Assembly: GCA_964016885.1 (NCBI GenBank) | Contig: OZ024753.1 | Coordinates: forward strand, 13,640,001-13,704,000 | Source: Eledone cirrhosa | Taxonomy: Eukaryota | Direction: 5' to 3' | DNA: 64,000 bases | Shown: piece by piece, positions 24,097-40,332 of the stretch | Position numbering within the stretch: the stretch's first letter is position 1 | Layout: the number at the start of each line of letters is the position of its first letter | Program-made: the position numbers and the translations under genes | The notes under the pieces: generated by a model | Seen by the model: the letters and a program-made list of their open reading frames with translations, nothing else | What the model was told of the DNA's origin: nothing | Databases searched by the model: none

Positions 24097-26769
24097 CAAA
24101 AGCCTTCCCTAGTGAGGAATGTACATCCCAACATAGCTTAGTTGTCAGCGACCTCACGGTCAGAACTAGACGAGCCCTGAAACAGAGGCCAACCTGGAGA
24201 AGAAAGATCTGGAAGCTGAAAGTCCCCTCAACCAGTAACAGATTTAAAGATATTTTACTCAACGCCTACGACAGTAAAGAAGAACAGATAGAGACATTTA
24301 ATGTAGAAGAGAACTGGGAGTTCCTAAAAAATAACTTACTAGAGGCGACGGATGAGGTTTGTGGCTGGAGTAAGACCTCAAGCAGGAGGAGAGTGACTTG
24401 GTGGTGGAACAATAAGGTAGATGAAGCAGTCAAGGCCAAGAGACAGGCATGGAAAGAATGGAAGAACGGGGGGAGCAGGGTACATTACATAGAGACCAAG
24501 AGGGAAGCTAGGCGACAAGTATACTTAGCTAGGAGGGAAGCAGAGGATAGAAAATTCAAGCATGTTTTACAACGTGAGGACCAGAAACAGGAGGTATTCA
24601 AGATTGCGAGGCAGTGTGTCAGAGATAGTTGTGATGTCATTGGAGAGAAGTGTATCCGGAATGATAAAGGTGAGCTTGCCCTCACAAGTGCTGAGAAGAA
24701 AGATGCATGGAAGAGTCATTATGATAGATTACTAAATGAGGAGAATGCATGGGAAGAAGAGACCCTACCCCACGTAGACCCTATAGAGGGACCAGCAGTA
24801 CAAGTCAGCGGCAGCGTAGTAAGTAAGGCAATCAGAGATATGAAGATAGGGAAGGCAACCGGTCCATCGGGTATAGCTGCCGAGATGCTGAAGGCATCTG
24901 GGTCTGTAGGTCACACTATAACCACACGTATCGTTAACCAGGTAATACTAGAGGGGGCCATACCAAAAGATTGGTGCAGTAGCATCATTGTCAACTGCTA
25001 CAAAGGTAAAGGCGATGCACTAGATAGAGGAAACTATAGAGGCATAAAGTTGATGGACCAGGTCATGAAAGTAACAGAAAGAGTTATAGCACAGCTGATT
25101 AGGGACCGGGTGAATATAGACGAGATGCAATTTGGGTTTGTTCCAGGGAAAGGCACCACTGATGCGCTCTTCCTTGTGAGGCAATTACAGGAAAAGTACC
25201 TAGCTAAAAGTAAGCCACTCTACTTGGCATTTGTCGACCTTGAGAAAGCCTTTGACAGAGTTCCACGTGCAGTAATCTGGTGGGCTCTTAGAAAACTAGG
25301 AGTAGATGAATGGCTTGTGAAAGCGGTACAAGCTATGTATAGGGGAGCAGTCAGCAAAGTTAGGATTGGCAATGAGTATAGCGAGGAATTTAGCGTACAG
25401 GTTGGGGTCCACCAGGGCTCTGTTCTTAGCCCTCTCCTGTTCATCATAGTCCTGCAGGCAATAACGGAGGAGTTTAAGACCGGATGCCCATGGGAACTCC
25501 TGTATGCTGATGACCTCGCACTCATAGCTGAATCTATGGTAGAACTAGAGAATAAATTCCAAACCTGGAAGCAGGGACTAGAGAGAAAGGGCCTCAAAGT
25601 CAACATGACAAAGACTAAGGTCCTTATAAGTAGACGAGAAAACAGAACCCAGATCCCCTCAGGGAAATGGCCTTGCTCAGTATGTAGGAAAGGTGTAGGT
25701 AGGAACTCCATTCTTTGCCCCAAATGCAAACAATGGGTACACAAGAGATGTAGCGGGATCTCAGGAAGCTTAATTAAGAATGTAGGATTCACATGCAGCA
25801 GCTGTGCTGAAACAGCAAGCAAACAGCCACAGGAAACAAGTACCACCAATCTCTGGGAGGGCCCTGTAGAAACAGTAGACAGCTTCTGCTACCTAGGTGA
25901 CCGAATTAGCAACGGAGGTGGGTGCTCAGAAAGTACAATAACTAGGGTAAGAACGGGATGGAAGAAGTTTAGGGAACTACTACCACTGCTAGCTGCAAAA
26001 GGCTTCTCCCTCAGAATGAAAGGCAGACTGTATGATGCGTGTATCCGAACAGCGATGTTGCATGGTAGTGAGACCTGGGCGCTGAAGGTGGAAGACTTAC
26101 GTAGATTAGAGAGAAACGAAGCCTGCATGCTCCGATGGATGTGTAACAGTAATATACGTGAACGACAAAGCATAAATGAATTGAGAGAGAGACTGAGCAT
26201 AAGAGGAATCAAATGCTGCGTGCAGGAGAGGCGGTTACGCTGGTATGGACATGTGATGCGTATGAAGGATGACAGCTGCATAAAAAGGTGCAGAGCACTA
26301 GAAGTTGATGGAAACCGCGGAGTGGGGAGACCCAAGATGACTTGGGATGAGGTGATAAAAGCCGACCTTACCCAACTACACCTCTCAAAGTCAATGACAC
26401 ACGACCGTGACTTCTGGCGTCACGCAGTAATACAGGGTACCCGACCTCCCATGGGTACATGCTGAAGCATATAAACAATATGCCCCCCCCCCCCCCCACC
26501 GCAAGGTGGTCGTGGAGGTGCCACGGCAAAAAAGCACCCAGCCCACACTGTAAAGTGGACGTGTAGGCGCCACGAAAAAGCACCCAGCACTCACTGTAAA
26601 TGAGGTTGGTGTTAGGAAGGGCATCCAGCTGTAGAAATCAAGCCAGATCAGTTCCTGTATGAGCAAGGCATGGTCAGCCGACCAGACACTGCCCACAACA
26701 GGACAACCCGTCTAACCCATGCTAGCGTGGAAGAACGGACGTAAAACGGTGATGATGATGATGATGATG

Positions 26770-26770
<1 letters not shown>
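24097..26770 (+). mobile_element. 5'-truncated RTE-clade LINE (family 2); open RT ORF (~790 codons) with PHD-like insert and long 3' UTR
   Basis: [11 protein letters not shown] (EN end), [63 protein letters not shown]; ORF ends 26465; 3' CCATGCTAGCGTGG hairpin + (GAT)n. Confidence 0.95.
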
Positions 26771-30232
<3,462 letters not shown>

Positions 30233-30285
30233 TTACCGTCATTACTGATACAAGATTACCAGATTATGTCAACTGTTGACTTTCA

Positions 30286-31513
30286 AGACAAAAGTATTTA
30301 CATCAGTCATAAGAGACCTCTTGTATGCAGATGATTGCGATCTTGTAGCGCACACAGAGAGTGATATGCAGCACATTTTGAATGTATTTTCTGACGCTTG
30401 CACTGCCCTGGGTTTGACTGTCAGTCTCAAGAAAACCGTCGTCATGTACCAACCTGCACCTGGTAGGCAGTACACTGAACCAAACATCTATGTGTATGGC
30501 AAACGACTTGGAGTGGTTGATCAGTTTGTCTACCTGGGAAGCACTGTCAATCGATACGGCAACCTTGACAGTGAAATCTCACTTAGGATTAGGAAAGCAA
30601 GTGATGCTTTCGGAAAGCTGGAAAGGCGACTCTGGGGTCGGCGAGACATATGCAGGAGGACAAAGGTAAAGGTGTACAGGGCATGTGTACTCTCTTGTCT
30701 TCTTTATGCCTGCGAGACCTGGGTCACATATCGACGCCACCTTAAGCAATTGGAGCGTTTCCATCAGATGTGTCTCAGACGGATACATGGCGTTCGCTGG
30801 AGGGACCACATCAGTGATGTCGAGATTTTGGAAAGCTCTATGTGTGACAGTATAGAAGCTCTTGTGCTTAAGCAGCGACTCCGTTGGAGTGGTCACCTTG
30901 CCAGGATGAAGGATTCTAGAATACCAAAACAACTCTTCTATGGAGAGTTGGTTAAAGGAAAACGACCGCCACATAAACCAAAAAAGAGGTATAAGGATTC
31001 CTTGAAGGCCTCTCTGAAAGACGCTAACATCTCTGCTGATACATGGGAAAATATTGCTGCTGATCGTAATAAATGGAGAAAGACTGTATATGAGGGAAAA
31101 GTTGCCTTTGAGGCATCTCGAATCGCACACGAGAAAGTAAAGCGGGACGTGAGGAAGGGTATTGCTGTTGCATTTCCAGACGGCGAGGGTCCTCCTATGT
31201 TTCTGACATGCAGCGTCTGTGCGAGACTCTGCCTAAGCAAAGCTGGACTCGAAAGTCATCTTCGCAGTCATAAAGTAAGACCAGTGGTTGACTACCAGGC
31301 TGCTGTTGGAGATGCTACTCATCATGCTTGCCAAACATGTGGTAGAGAATGTAAATCAGCAGGAGGACTCAAGCGACATGCAAAAGTACACGAACTCCAA
31401 CCACAGCCGACTATTCCCAGTAAATGTTTTGGTTGCCGACTCTGTGCAAGACATTTTGGATCATTGGCTGGGCTAAAAAGCCACATTCGATCGCAGCACT
31501 GTTAGTTGCTATC

Positions 31514-31545
<32 letters not shown>

Positions 31546-31630
31546 GGATATGCTTATGTGCGTGCGTGTGTGTGTATATATATATGAATATGTATATTAT
31601 TATTGTTGTTGTCGTTATTATTATTATTGC

Positions 31631-31682
<52 letters not shown>

Positions 31683-31765
31683 TTTTTTTTTTTATTTTTT
31701 TTTTTATTTTTTTTTTTTTTTTATTGTGCAATGGCCATACTCGATAACGAGGGGGCAGCCATCAT
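30286..31765 (+). mobile_element. 5'-truncated RTE family 1 copy; intact C-terminal ORF with three C2H2 fingers
   Basis: Highly similar to 3640-5012; ORF ends 31505; same 3' terminus. Confidence 0.95.
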
Positions 31766-31778
31766 GTATGTATATATG

Positions 31779-31809
<31 letters not shown>

Positions 31810-32578
31810 GTATATATATATATGTATATGTATATATATGTATATGTATGTATATATATATGTATATGTATATATATGTATATGTATGTATATATATATG
31901 TATATGTGTATATATATGTATATGTATATGTATATATATGTATATGTATATATATGTATATATATGTATATGTATATATATGTATATATATGTATATGTA
32001 TATATATGTATATATATGTATATGTATATATATATATGTATATGTATATATATATATGTATATGTATATATATGTATATATATGTATATGTATATATATG
32101 TATATATATGTATATATATACACATGTATATATATGTATATATATGTATATATATACACATGTATATATATGTATATATATGTATATATATACACATGTA
32201 TGTATATGTATATATATATATATACATATGTATATGTATGTATGTATATGTATATATATATATATACATATGTATATGTATGTATGTATATGTATATATA
32301 TATATATACATATGTATATGTATGTATGTATATGTATGTATATATATATATACACATGTATATGTATGTATGTATATGTATGTATATATATATATACACA
32401 TGTATATGTATGTATGTATATGTATGTATATATATATATATACACATGTATATGTATGTATGTATATGTATGTATATATATATATATACACATGTATATG
32501 TATGTATATGTATGTATATATATATATATACACATGTATATGTATGTATATGTATGTATATATATATATATACACGTG

Positions 32579-32626
<48 letters not shown>

Positions 32627-32638
32627 TATATACACATG

Positions 32639-32672
<34 letters not shown>

Positions 32673-32807
32673 TATATATGTATGTATATATATATATATA
32701 TGCACATGTATATGTATGTATATATATACACATGTATATGTATGTATATATATATACACATGTATATATATATATATACACATGTATATATATGTATATA
32801 TATATAT
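31765..32807. repeat. TA/TATG microsatellite
   Basis: Low complexity. Confidence 0.95.
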
Positions 32808-32908
32808 AAACAACCATCTGGTTGTGGAACCAACCAACCAACCATCCGGAAACAAGATGGCGTAGGACAGAACAAAGGAGAAGCACAAAAACAAAGAAAA
32901 GAATCCCC

Positions 32909-32953
32909 TGTCACTGAAGAGGTCACAGAATGTGTGACGAAAGAACTTTGACA
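32909..32953 (+). ncRNA. Minimal hammerhead ribozyme motif
   Basis: tgtca-CTGAAGA-g-gtcaca-gaatg-tgtgac-GAAA-gaac-TT-tgaca. Confidence 0.7.
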
Positions 32954-33363
32954 ATATATAAACAACCATCTGGTTGTGGAACCAACCAACCAACCGGAAA
33001 TTTATAAATTCCTAAATTTATAAATTTATTATAATAAATTGAAGTGAAAGCAACTGGTGCGTGTGTTTCTTATTGGCAACATGACTCTCCCAAAGTATAA
33101 CAATATCGGTTTCAACACACGTTTTCAGATAAAGAATCTTGCTAAACAAATTCAGAAACGAAATATATATATATATATATACATGTATATATATATATAT
33201 ATATATTGTTATACTGTGGGAGGGTCATATTGCCAATAAGAAACACATGCACCAGTTGCTTTCACTTCAATTTATTATAATAAATTTATAAATTTAGGAA
33301 TTTATATATCTATAAATTTCTGGTTGGTTGGTTGGTTCCACAACCAGATAGTTGTTTAGATAT

Positions 33364-33408
33364 TGTCAAAGTTCTTTCGTCACACATTCTGTGACCTCTT
33401 CAGTGACT
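33364..33408 (-). ncRNA. Second copy of the same hammerhead motif
   Basis: Reverse complement of 32909-32953 with one stem I mismatch. Confidence 0.65.
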
Positions 33409-33534
33409 GGGGATTCTTTTCTTTGTTTTTGTGCCTCTCCTTTGTTCTGTCCTACGCCATTTTGTTTCTGAAACGAAATATATATATATATATATATATA
33501 TACATGCATATATATATATATATATACATGTATG

Positions 33535-33566
<32 letters not shown>

Positions 33567-33689
33567 GGGGTGTATGTATGTTATATAAGTCTGTGTGAAT
33601 CTGCTTGTCTCTCTCTTCTTCACCTTATCCTGGTAATGGGGGCAAACTCACCTATCATGTTATTTCTTGTATCTGGCCATCATATTACA

Positions 33690-34792
33690 CCACCACTAGC
33701 CCCTGTATATACTATTCTGACCCCACCCTGCCTCCATATTCTACCACCCCTACTAACCCCTCACCTTACTATCCACCCCTCCCCCCACTATCCCCTCTCC
33801 TTGCTACCCAGCCCACTCCCACCAACCCCCTCACCTTGCTACCCAGCCCTTCTCCCCACTAGCCCCTCATCTTGCTACCCAGCCCCCTCCCCTTGCTACC
33901 CAGCTGATTCCCACCAACCCCCTCACCTTACTATCCAGCCCTCCCCCCACTCTCACTTCATCTTGCTACCCAGCCCACTCCCACTAACCCTCTCAGCTTG
34001 CTACCCAGCCCTCCCCCACTAGCCCCTCACCTTGCTACGCAGCTCACTCCCACCATCCCTCTCACCTTGCTACTCAGCCCACCACCACCACCACCACCAC
34101 CACCTCCACCACCACCACCACCACCACCACCACCACCTCCACCACCACCTCTCACTACTACCCTCACTACCCCCCTCTCTACTACCCAACCCACCCCACC
34201 CTTATCTCTCATAAGTTTTGATAAAAAATAAATATATATAATTGTCAGTCATGTTTCATTTCCAGTTTCCATCAACAATATTGTGTGTGTGTGTGTGTGT
34301 TGAAGGAACTATCTTCCCCTTTATCACCACCACCACCTCCACCACCATCTCCACCAACCATCTCCACCACCATCTCCACCAACCATCTCCACCACCACCT
34401 CCACCCACATCTCCACCTCCACCCACATCTCCACCACCACCTCCACCCACATCTCCACCACCACCTCCACCCACATCTCCACCACCACCTCCACCCACAT
34501 CTCCATCACCCACCACCACCACCACCCACCATCTCCACCACCCACCATCTCCACCACCCACCACCACCTCCACCACCCACCACCACCTCCACCACCCACC
34601 ACCACCTCCACCCACCACCCACCACTACCACTACCTCACCACCACCTCCATTAACACCAACTCCACCATCACTTCCATTAACACCACCAACTCCACCATC
34701 ACTTCCATTAACACCACCAACTCCACCACCACCTCCATTAACACCACCAACTCCACTACCACCATCCACCTACCACCACCACCACCACCATC
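33690..34792. repeat. C-rich degenerate minisatellite and (CCA)n arrays
   Basis: CTTGCTACCCAGCCC units, then CCA repeats. Confidence 0.9.
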
Positions 34793-35034
34793 CTCCCGAC
34801 CAAAATTTATGACACCCCCTTTTATTTTACGTTTCTCTTTCAACAGATATACCTCTTGACCTCCATAAAACTCAAAAGGCTTTTAATTCTTTGTTTATTC
34901 TCAACTATATTTTTCAACTCTTTCCTTACCATATTTCTGACAAGAGGAAACCATATCACATTTATTCAGCTTTCAAATAGTTTTGAAAATAATCAAGAAT
35001 TTGGAGTAAAAGAACTAATTTTATTATTTTAAAA

Positions 35035-35515
35035 GGGCACGGTGGATTGGTAGTATCGGTAGAGTCGGACGCCATGCTTGCAGCATTGAGTTACGGCCCT
35101 TGCCATTCTGAGTTCAAATCCCGCCGAGGTTAACTTTACCTCTCATCCTTACAGGATTGATAAAATAAAGTACCAGTAATGCACTGGGTAATTGCTGGCC
35201 TTGTGCCAAAATTAGAAATAATTATTTTAAAAGGGTGGTGGATTGGCAGTATCGGTAGAGTCGGACGCCATGTTTGCAGCATGGAGTTACGCCCGTTTAC
35301 GGTCTGGGTTCAAATTCCACCAAGGTTAACTTTGTCTTTCATCCTTACGGGGTCGATAAAATAAAGTACCAGTAATGCACTGGGATAATTGCTGGCCTTG
35401 TGCCAAAAGTAGAAACAATTATTTTAAAATGGTGGATTAGCAGCATTGGACAACATGCTTTATGGCATCGTGTTACGGCCCTTTATGATCTGAGTTCAAA
35501 TCCTGCAGAGGTTCT
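35035..35515 (+). mobile_element. Tandem array of three SINE family A copies
   Basis: Head-to-tail copies each preceded by TTATTTTAAAA; third is truncated. Confidence 0.85.
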
Positions 35516-35574
35516 GAGATACCAAAAATGAATCCCTTTTTTTTAATGTAACTGTGAACACATGCCTAAAATCA

Positions 35575-36785
35575 TCATCATCATTGTTTAACGTCCATCT
35601 TCCATGCTAGCATGGGTGAGATGGGATTGTCCCACTTGAGGCAAGATTGATCGGGTGACTGTCTTGCTCATATAGAACTGTTTCTGGCAGGTTTTCTGCC
35701 TGTTAGTACCACAACATCCAGTCCACACTGTAAAGAGGTCGTGTAGGTGTCATGACAAAAAGCACCCAGTCCACACTGAAGTAGTCATGTAGGAGACACG
35801 GTAAAAAGGCTCTCAGTCCACACTGTAAATGTGGTTGGTGTTAGGAAGGCCTAACACCAACCACATTTACAGTGTGGACTGAGAGCCTTTTTACCATGTC
35901 TCCTACATGACCACTTCAGTGTGGACTGGGTGCTTAACACCAACCACATTTACAGTGTGGACTGAGAGCCTTTTTACCGTGTCTCCTACATGACCACTTC
36001 AGTGTGGACTGGGTGCTTTTTGTCATGACACCTACACAACCTCTTTACAGTGTGGACTGGATGTTGTGGTACTAACATAACTTGACAGAGAAAGGGTGGT
36101 GTGGGTGGAAGTGGGAGGATGGAGTAGGGGTGTATATTGGATTAAGAGGTGCCTACTGACTGTAGGTTTAACTTCTGTATTGCGTCGATCCAGTGACATT
36201 GTCTTAGAGAGGTGTAAGTGTGCAAGGTCAGTCTTTATCATGTCGCCCCAGATTTTTCTGGGTCTGCCTACTCCATAGCTTCCATCAATTTTGATCGCCC
36301 TGCACTTTTTTATACAACTGTCGTCTTTCATGCACATCACATGACCATACCAACGTAATCTCCTCTCAAATAAACTGCATCTGATCCCTCTTATTCCTAA
36401 TTTCTCACTTAGTTCTTTTGTTTTGCCGTTTGTGTATATTACACATCCAATGGAGAATGCTTGCTTCGTTCCTTTCCAATCTGCGCATGTCCTCTGCACA
36501 CAATGCCCATGTCTCACATTGCTGTTTGTATACAAGCATCATACAATCTGCCTTTCATTTTTCGAGAGAAACCTTTTGTGACCTACAGCGGTATTAGCTC
36601 TCTGAACTTTTTCCATCCCGTTCTATCTCTGGCTACTGTACTTTCAGAGCACCCTCTTCCACTGCTGATTTTGTCACCCAGGTAACGGAAAGTGTCTACT
36701 ATTTCTATAGAACCATCTGGGCAGTTGAAGAAGCTAGTATCCAGTGGGCACTTTCTACTTACTGCACCTGAGCATACAAACAGAA
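35575..36785 (-). mobile_element. RTE family 2 3' fragment with internal fold-back rearrangement
   Basis: [28 protein letters not shown]; inverted copy at 35702-35848. Confidence 0.9.
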
Positions 36786-37519
36786 ATATCCTCATAGATA
36801 CAGATATAGATACGCGCACATATACAAATACCAAATGCTAGTACAAATACCAAATGCTAGTACAAATACCAATACAAACCTAAACATGTATACCTACAAA
36901 TATAAGTCCCAATATATGAACAAAGACAAGGGTGGTGGGCTGGCGGTAATCGGCGGAGCGTTGGACAAGAAGCTTTACGGCATAGAGTTATGGCTCTTTA
37001 CGATCTGAGTTCAAATCCTTGGCTTAACCGGCCATATCCAGCCAGAATCCTCTCACCTCTTTCTATTGAAACCAGCCCTAACCGGCCACGCATACCAATG
37101 ATAAGGTATTGTTCTCAAAATAAATAACATAAAAATCTCATAGATTTTATATTATGTCAGATAAAGCTTTTCCTGCGGAAAATACAATAGTGTATATAGA
37201 ATAATATAAATGCTAAAGGGTTAAAAAAGAACCGATAATGAATATAAAGTTTATCATAGGATCCTTGTAAGGGCAACTCCTTCATTAAGTAGAGAAAATG
37301 ACCTTAAAATACTTGCTTCTGTTGTTGTTTCATTGAATGTAGATAGAATCACGCACATAGGCAGCTTTCTTGTAAATTGTTTCGATGTGTTATGGAGAAA
37401 GAAGGAATATGTTGATTAATTTGTTGACATTTCATCTACTGCTTACTAACGATCAAGGTTCGCCCTGAATTAATGAACATCTACAATCACATGACTGTCT
37501 GACTGTGTTGTTTGGCCTA

Positions 37520-37790
37520 TGACACAAGACAGATCTGCTAAATTTAGAGAATGGTGAAATGTGTATTGATATTGTGCATGAAAGATGAAGCAAGAAGAAG
37601 CTGAGAGAGAGAAAAACTGTGTGTATAATAGGAACCAGATGTTGCATACCATGGAGAAACTGGAAGAGGAGGAGCTAGGAAAATCTGGGATAAAAAGTTG
37701 AGAACTGATCTCAGAATCAGAGAATCTCACAGAAGAGATGCCAAAGAAAGGAAACGAGTAGAGGGAGGCTGTAGAAACATGGACAACTGG
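37520..37790 (+). mobile_element. Highly decayed RTE 3' ORF remnant
   Basis: Degenerate versions of LRWxGH and RGRPRKxW motifs. Confidence 0.4.
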
Positions 37791-39546
37791 ACATAAAACA
37801 ATGGTGGGGATGAAGAGACAGTCCTGATCTTGTGAATGATCATCTTCAATCATGTGAAGAGATTGGGTGTCTTATGATATAGTGTTTCTTACAAATAATT
37901 GTTTCTACTTTTGGCACAAGGCCAGCAATTATCCCAGTGTATTACTGGTACTTTATTTTATCGACCCCGTAAGGAGAAAGGCAAAGTTAACCTCGGCGGG
38001 GTGATGGTAATTGAGACTTGATATTGTTTACAAGAGAACTGAAATAGGGTAGAGGTGAAGGTCATGTCAAAAAGGAGAAGACAGTATTATGAGCACAAAA
38101 TAAATATAATTGTCACTTTATAGACATATGTAACAAGATACAGTATTGGTTTACCAGCTTATAGCTATTGTTTTGTTTACTCCAAATGTGTCATAATTAT
38201 ATTTTGAATGAACCAACTAGGAGAGAATTTCTACATGGTTGGTCACTTGATCTGCTAGAAATAGCAGCAAAATCTCCGTCTTGTGAAGGCACTTGATCTA
38301 ATGGTTAGGATGTTATATTCCTGATCATAATGTGTAAAGACACGTGACCTAGTGATAAGGGTTTTGGACTTACAATCATAATGTTGTGGGATCAATTCCT
38401 GGACTGGGTTGTGTGTTGTGTTCTTAAGCAAAATACTTCATTTCACGTAGCTCCTCCAGTATACTCAGCTGAAAATGAGTACCAGTAATAGCTTAAGGTT
38501 TAATCCTGCAGTGGGATAGGGGGGGGGGGGGGTTCTTGTACTCTCAATTGCTTAACATCATGGAAACTGGGATAAACACCAGTCTGGTGAGCCTCAGGGC
38601 TCGAGACAGACTTTAGATTCCTGATCATAAGGTTGTGGGTGGAGGTGTCTCAAGCAAAGAAATTGAATTTTCATTTCCTTAACTTTTTACATCCTGTAAT
38701 GATTAACCCTTCAGCATTTAAACTGGCCAAATCTGGCCAGAATTCTCTCACTTCTTTCTGTTCAAACCGGGTGCAACTGGCCATTCATACTGATGTTAAG
38801 GTACTGTTCTCAAAATCTTATAGATTCGATAACATGTGAGATAATTATGATATAAAGCCTTTACCATGAAAATATAATAGTAAATATAGAGTAATGTAAA
38901 TGGTAGATTTAAGCCGAACATATTTCTAAGTGAGTTGAAATGTTTATAATATCTTTACTAGTGGGCAGATCAATGTGATGCAATCACAGTGCTGTTTTGT
39001 ACTTTTGAAGAACACTTTGCTAATGTAATTTCATGTGATGCAGGACATTAAGAGTATATATTTGTGGAATACTCAGCCACGTAGATGTTAATTTTATGGG
39101 TTGGATGTTTAGTTGATCAAACATCTGAATACTAATTATTGAACTTGATGGGGGACGTATCAAGGGAGGAATGTAATTACATAAAGTTGATAAAATTATC
39201 TCCATTGAGATTTACACTTCGAGTCCTCAACCTGGTTGGGCTATCAAGTTAAACTGTTTTCCCCCCACTTTGAGTCCTCAACCAGGTTGGGATATCAAGT
39301 TAAACTGTTTTTCCCCTCACTTTGAGTCGTTTTCCCTTCACTTGTGTTACACATGAAAAAAAGAAAAGCCCCAACAAAATCAAGCAATTGACACTGTTTA
39401 TCATGTATGCTTGAGATAAAGTATTAACTTTTAAGTAGACGCCAAGGACCCCAGTATTTAGGGAGGAGTAAATGTAAGGAAATAGTAATGTTATCTCCAT
39501 AGTCGTGATTAAACATTACTGAAATGAAATACTCTTCAAGTTGGAT

Positions 39547-39592
39547 ATGAAAACATATTGTGTGGTTTTGATCTGTGTTTGGATATTTCCTT
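39547..39592 (+). CDS. Candidate signal-peptide exon MKTYCVVLICVWIFP
   Basis: AG at 39539-39540, ATG at 39547, basic then hydrophobic residues, phase-1 GTATGT donor at 39593; no other exon found. Confidence 0.2.
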
Positions 39593-40332
39593 GTATGTAA
39601 AGTGCTAGGAACCGAGTTGAATAAGATATTAAAACAACAACAAAGAAGAAAGAAACTACCGCTGTCAATCGTAATCGAGTATGACTTGACTTGGTTGTAT
39701 ACACCATGCTTTCACTAATGGTTTTAGGCATCCTCTTCAACCCTTAACCCATTAACATTTAAACCAGCCATATCCGGCCAGAAATCTCTCACCTCTTTCT
39801 GTCCAAACTGGCTCTAACTGGCCACTCATACTGATATTAAAATATTGTTCTCAAAATAAATAAAATCTGTCTCATAGATTCAATATTATGTGAAATAATT
39901 ATGTGAGGTAAAGCCTTTTCTGTGAAAATACAATAGTAAATCTAGAGTAATGTAAAGAAAGGGTTAATCCAGCAGAATATTAAGGATGTGCCAGCTGGAA
40001 GGAAAGAAAGCTACGTCAATGCTAGGTTGGTTCTTTCTTTATTGATTCTGAAAGGATGAAAGGATGAACTCAGAATATAGAGACTTGCAACCCATATCCA
40101 TTGAGCTAACGATTCTGTCATGTAGTTGATCTAGCATCACTCCTTCATAATCAGCCTATAAACTTTGTTTTATAAAACCTAAAAAAAGTATTCTGACTTC
40201 TTGCATTCAGTGAAAATCACTCTTGCCGTTCATCTTTTCAGTATTGATAAAAATAGTAACAGTTACTGAGTAGGACAGACTACCTTGTATCTCATCTAAC
40301 TCTGCGCATTCTAAGTTCAAATCCTGCTTCCC

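Larger units (their letters stand above)
32808..33480. mobile_element. Inverted pair of a ~310-nt hammerhead-bearing non-coding element around a TA tract
   Basis: 32848-33105 matches the reverse complement of 33205-33468; 36-bp direct repeat at 32808 and 32960. Confidence 0.8.

Noticed and set aside
34242-34859. Extensin-like or His-rich protein
   Set aside because: (CCA)n repeat open in all frames; no splice or domain support.
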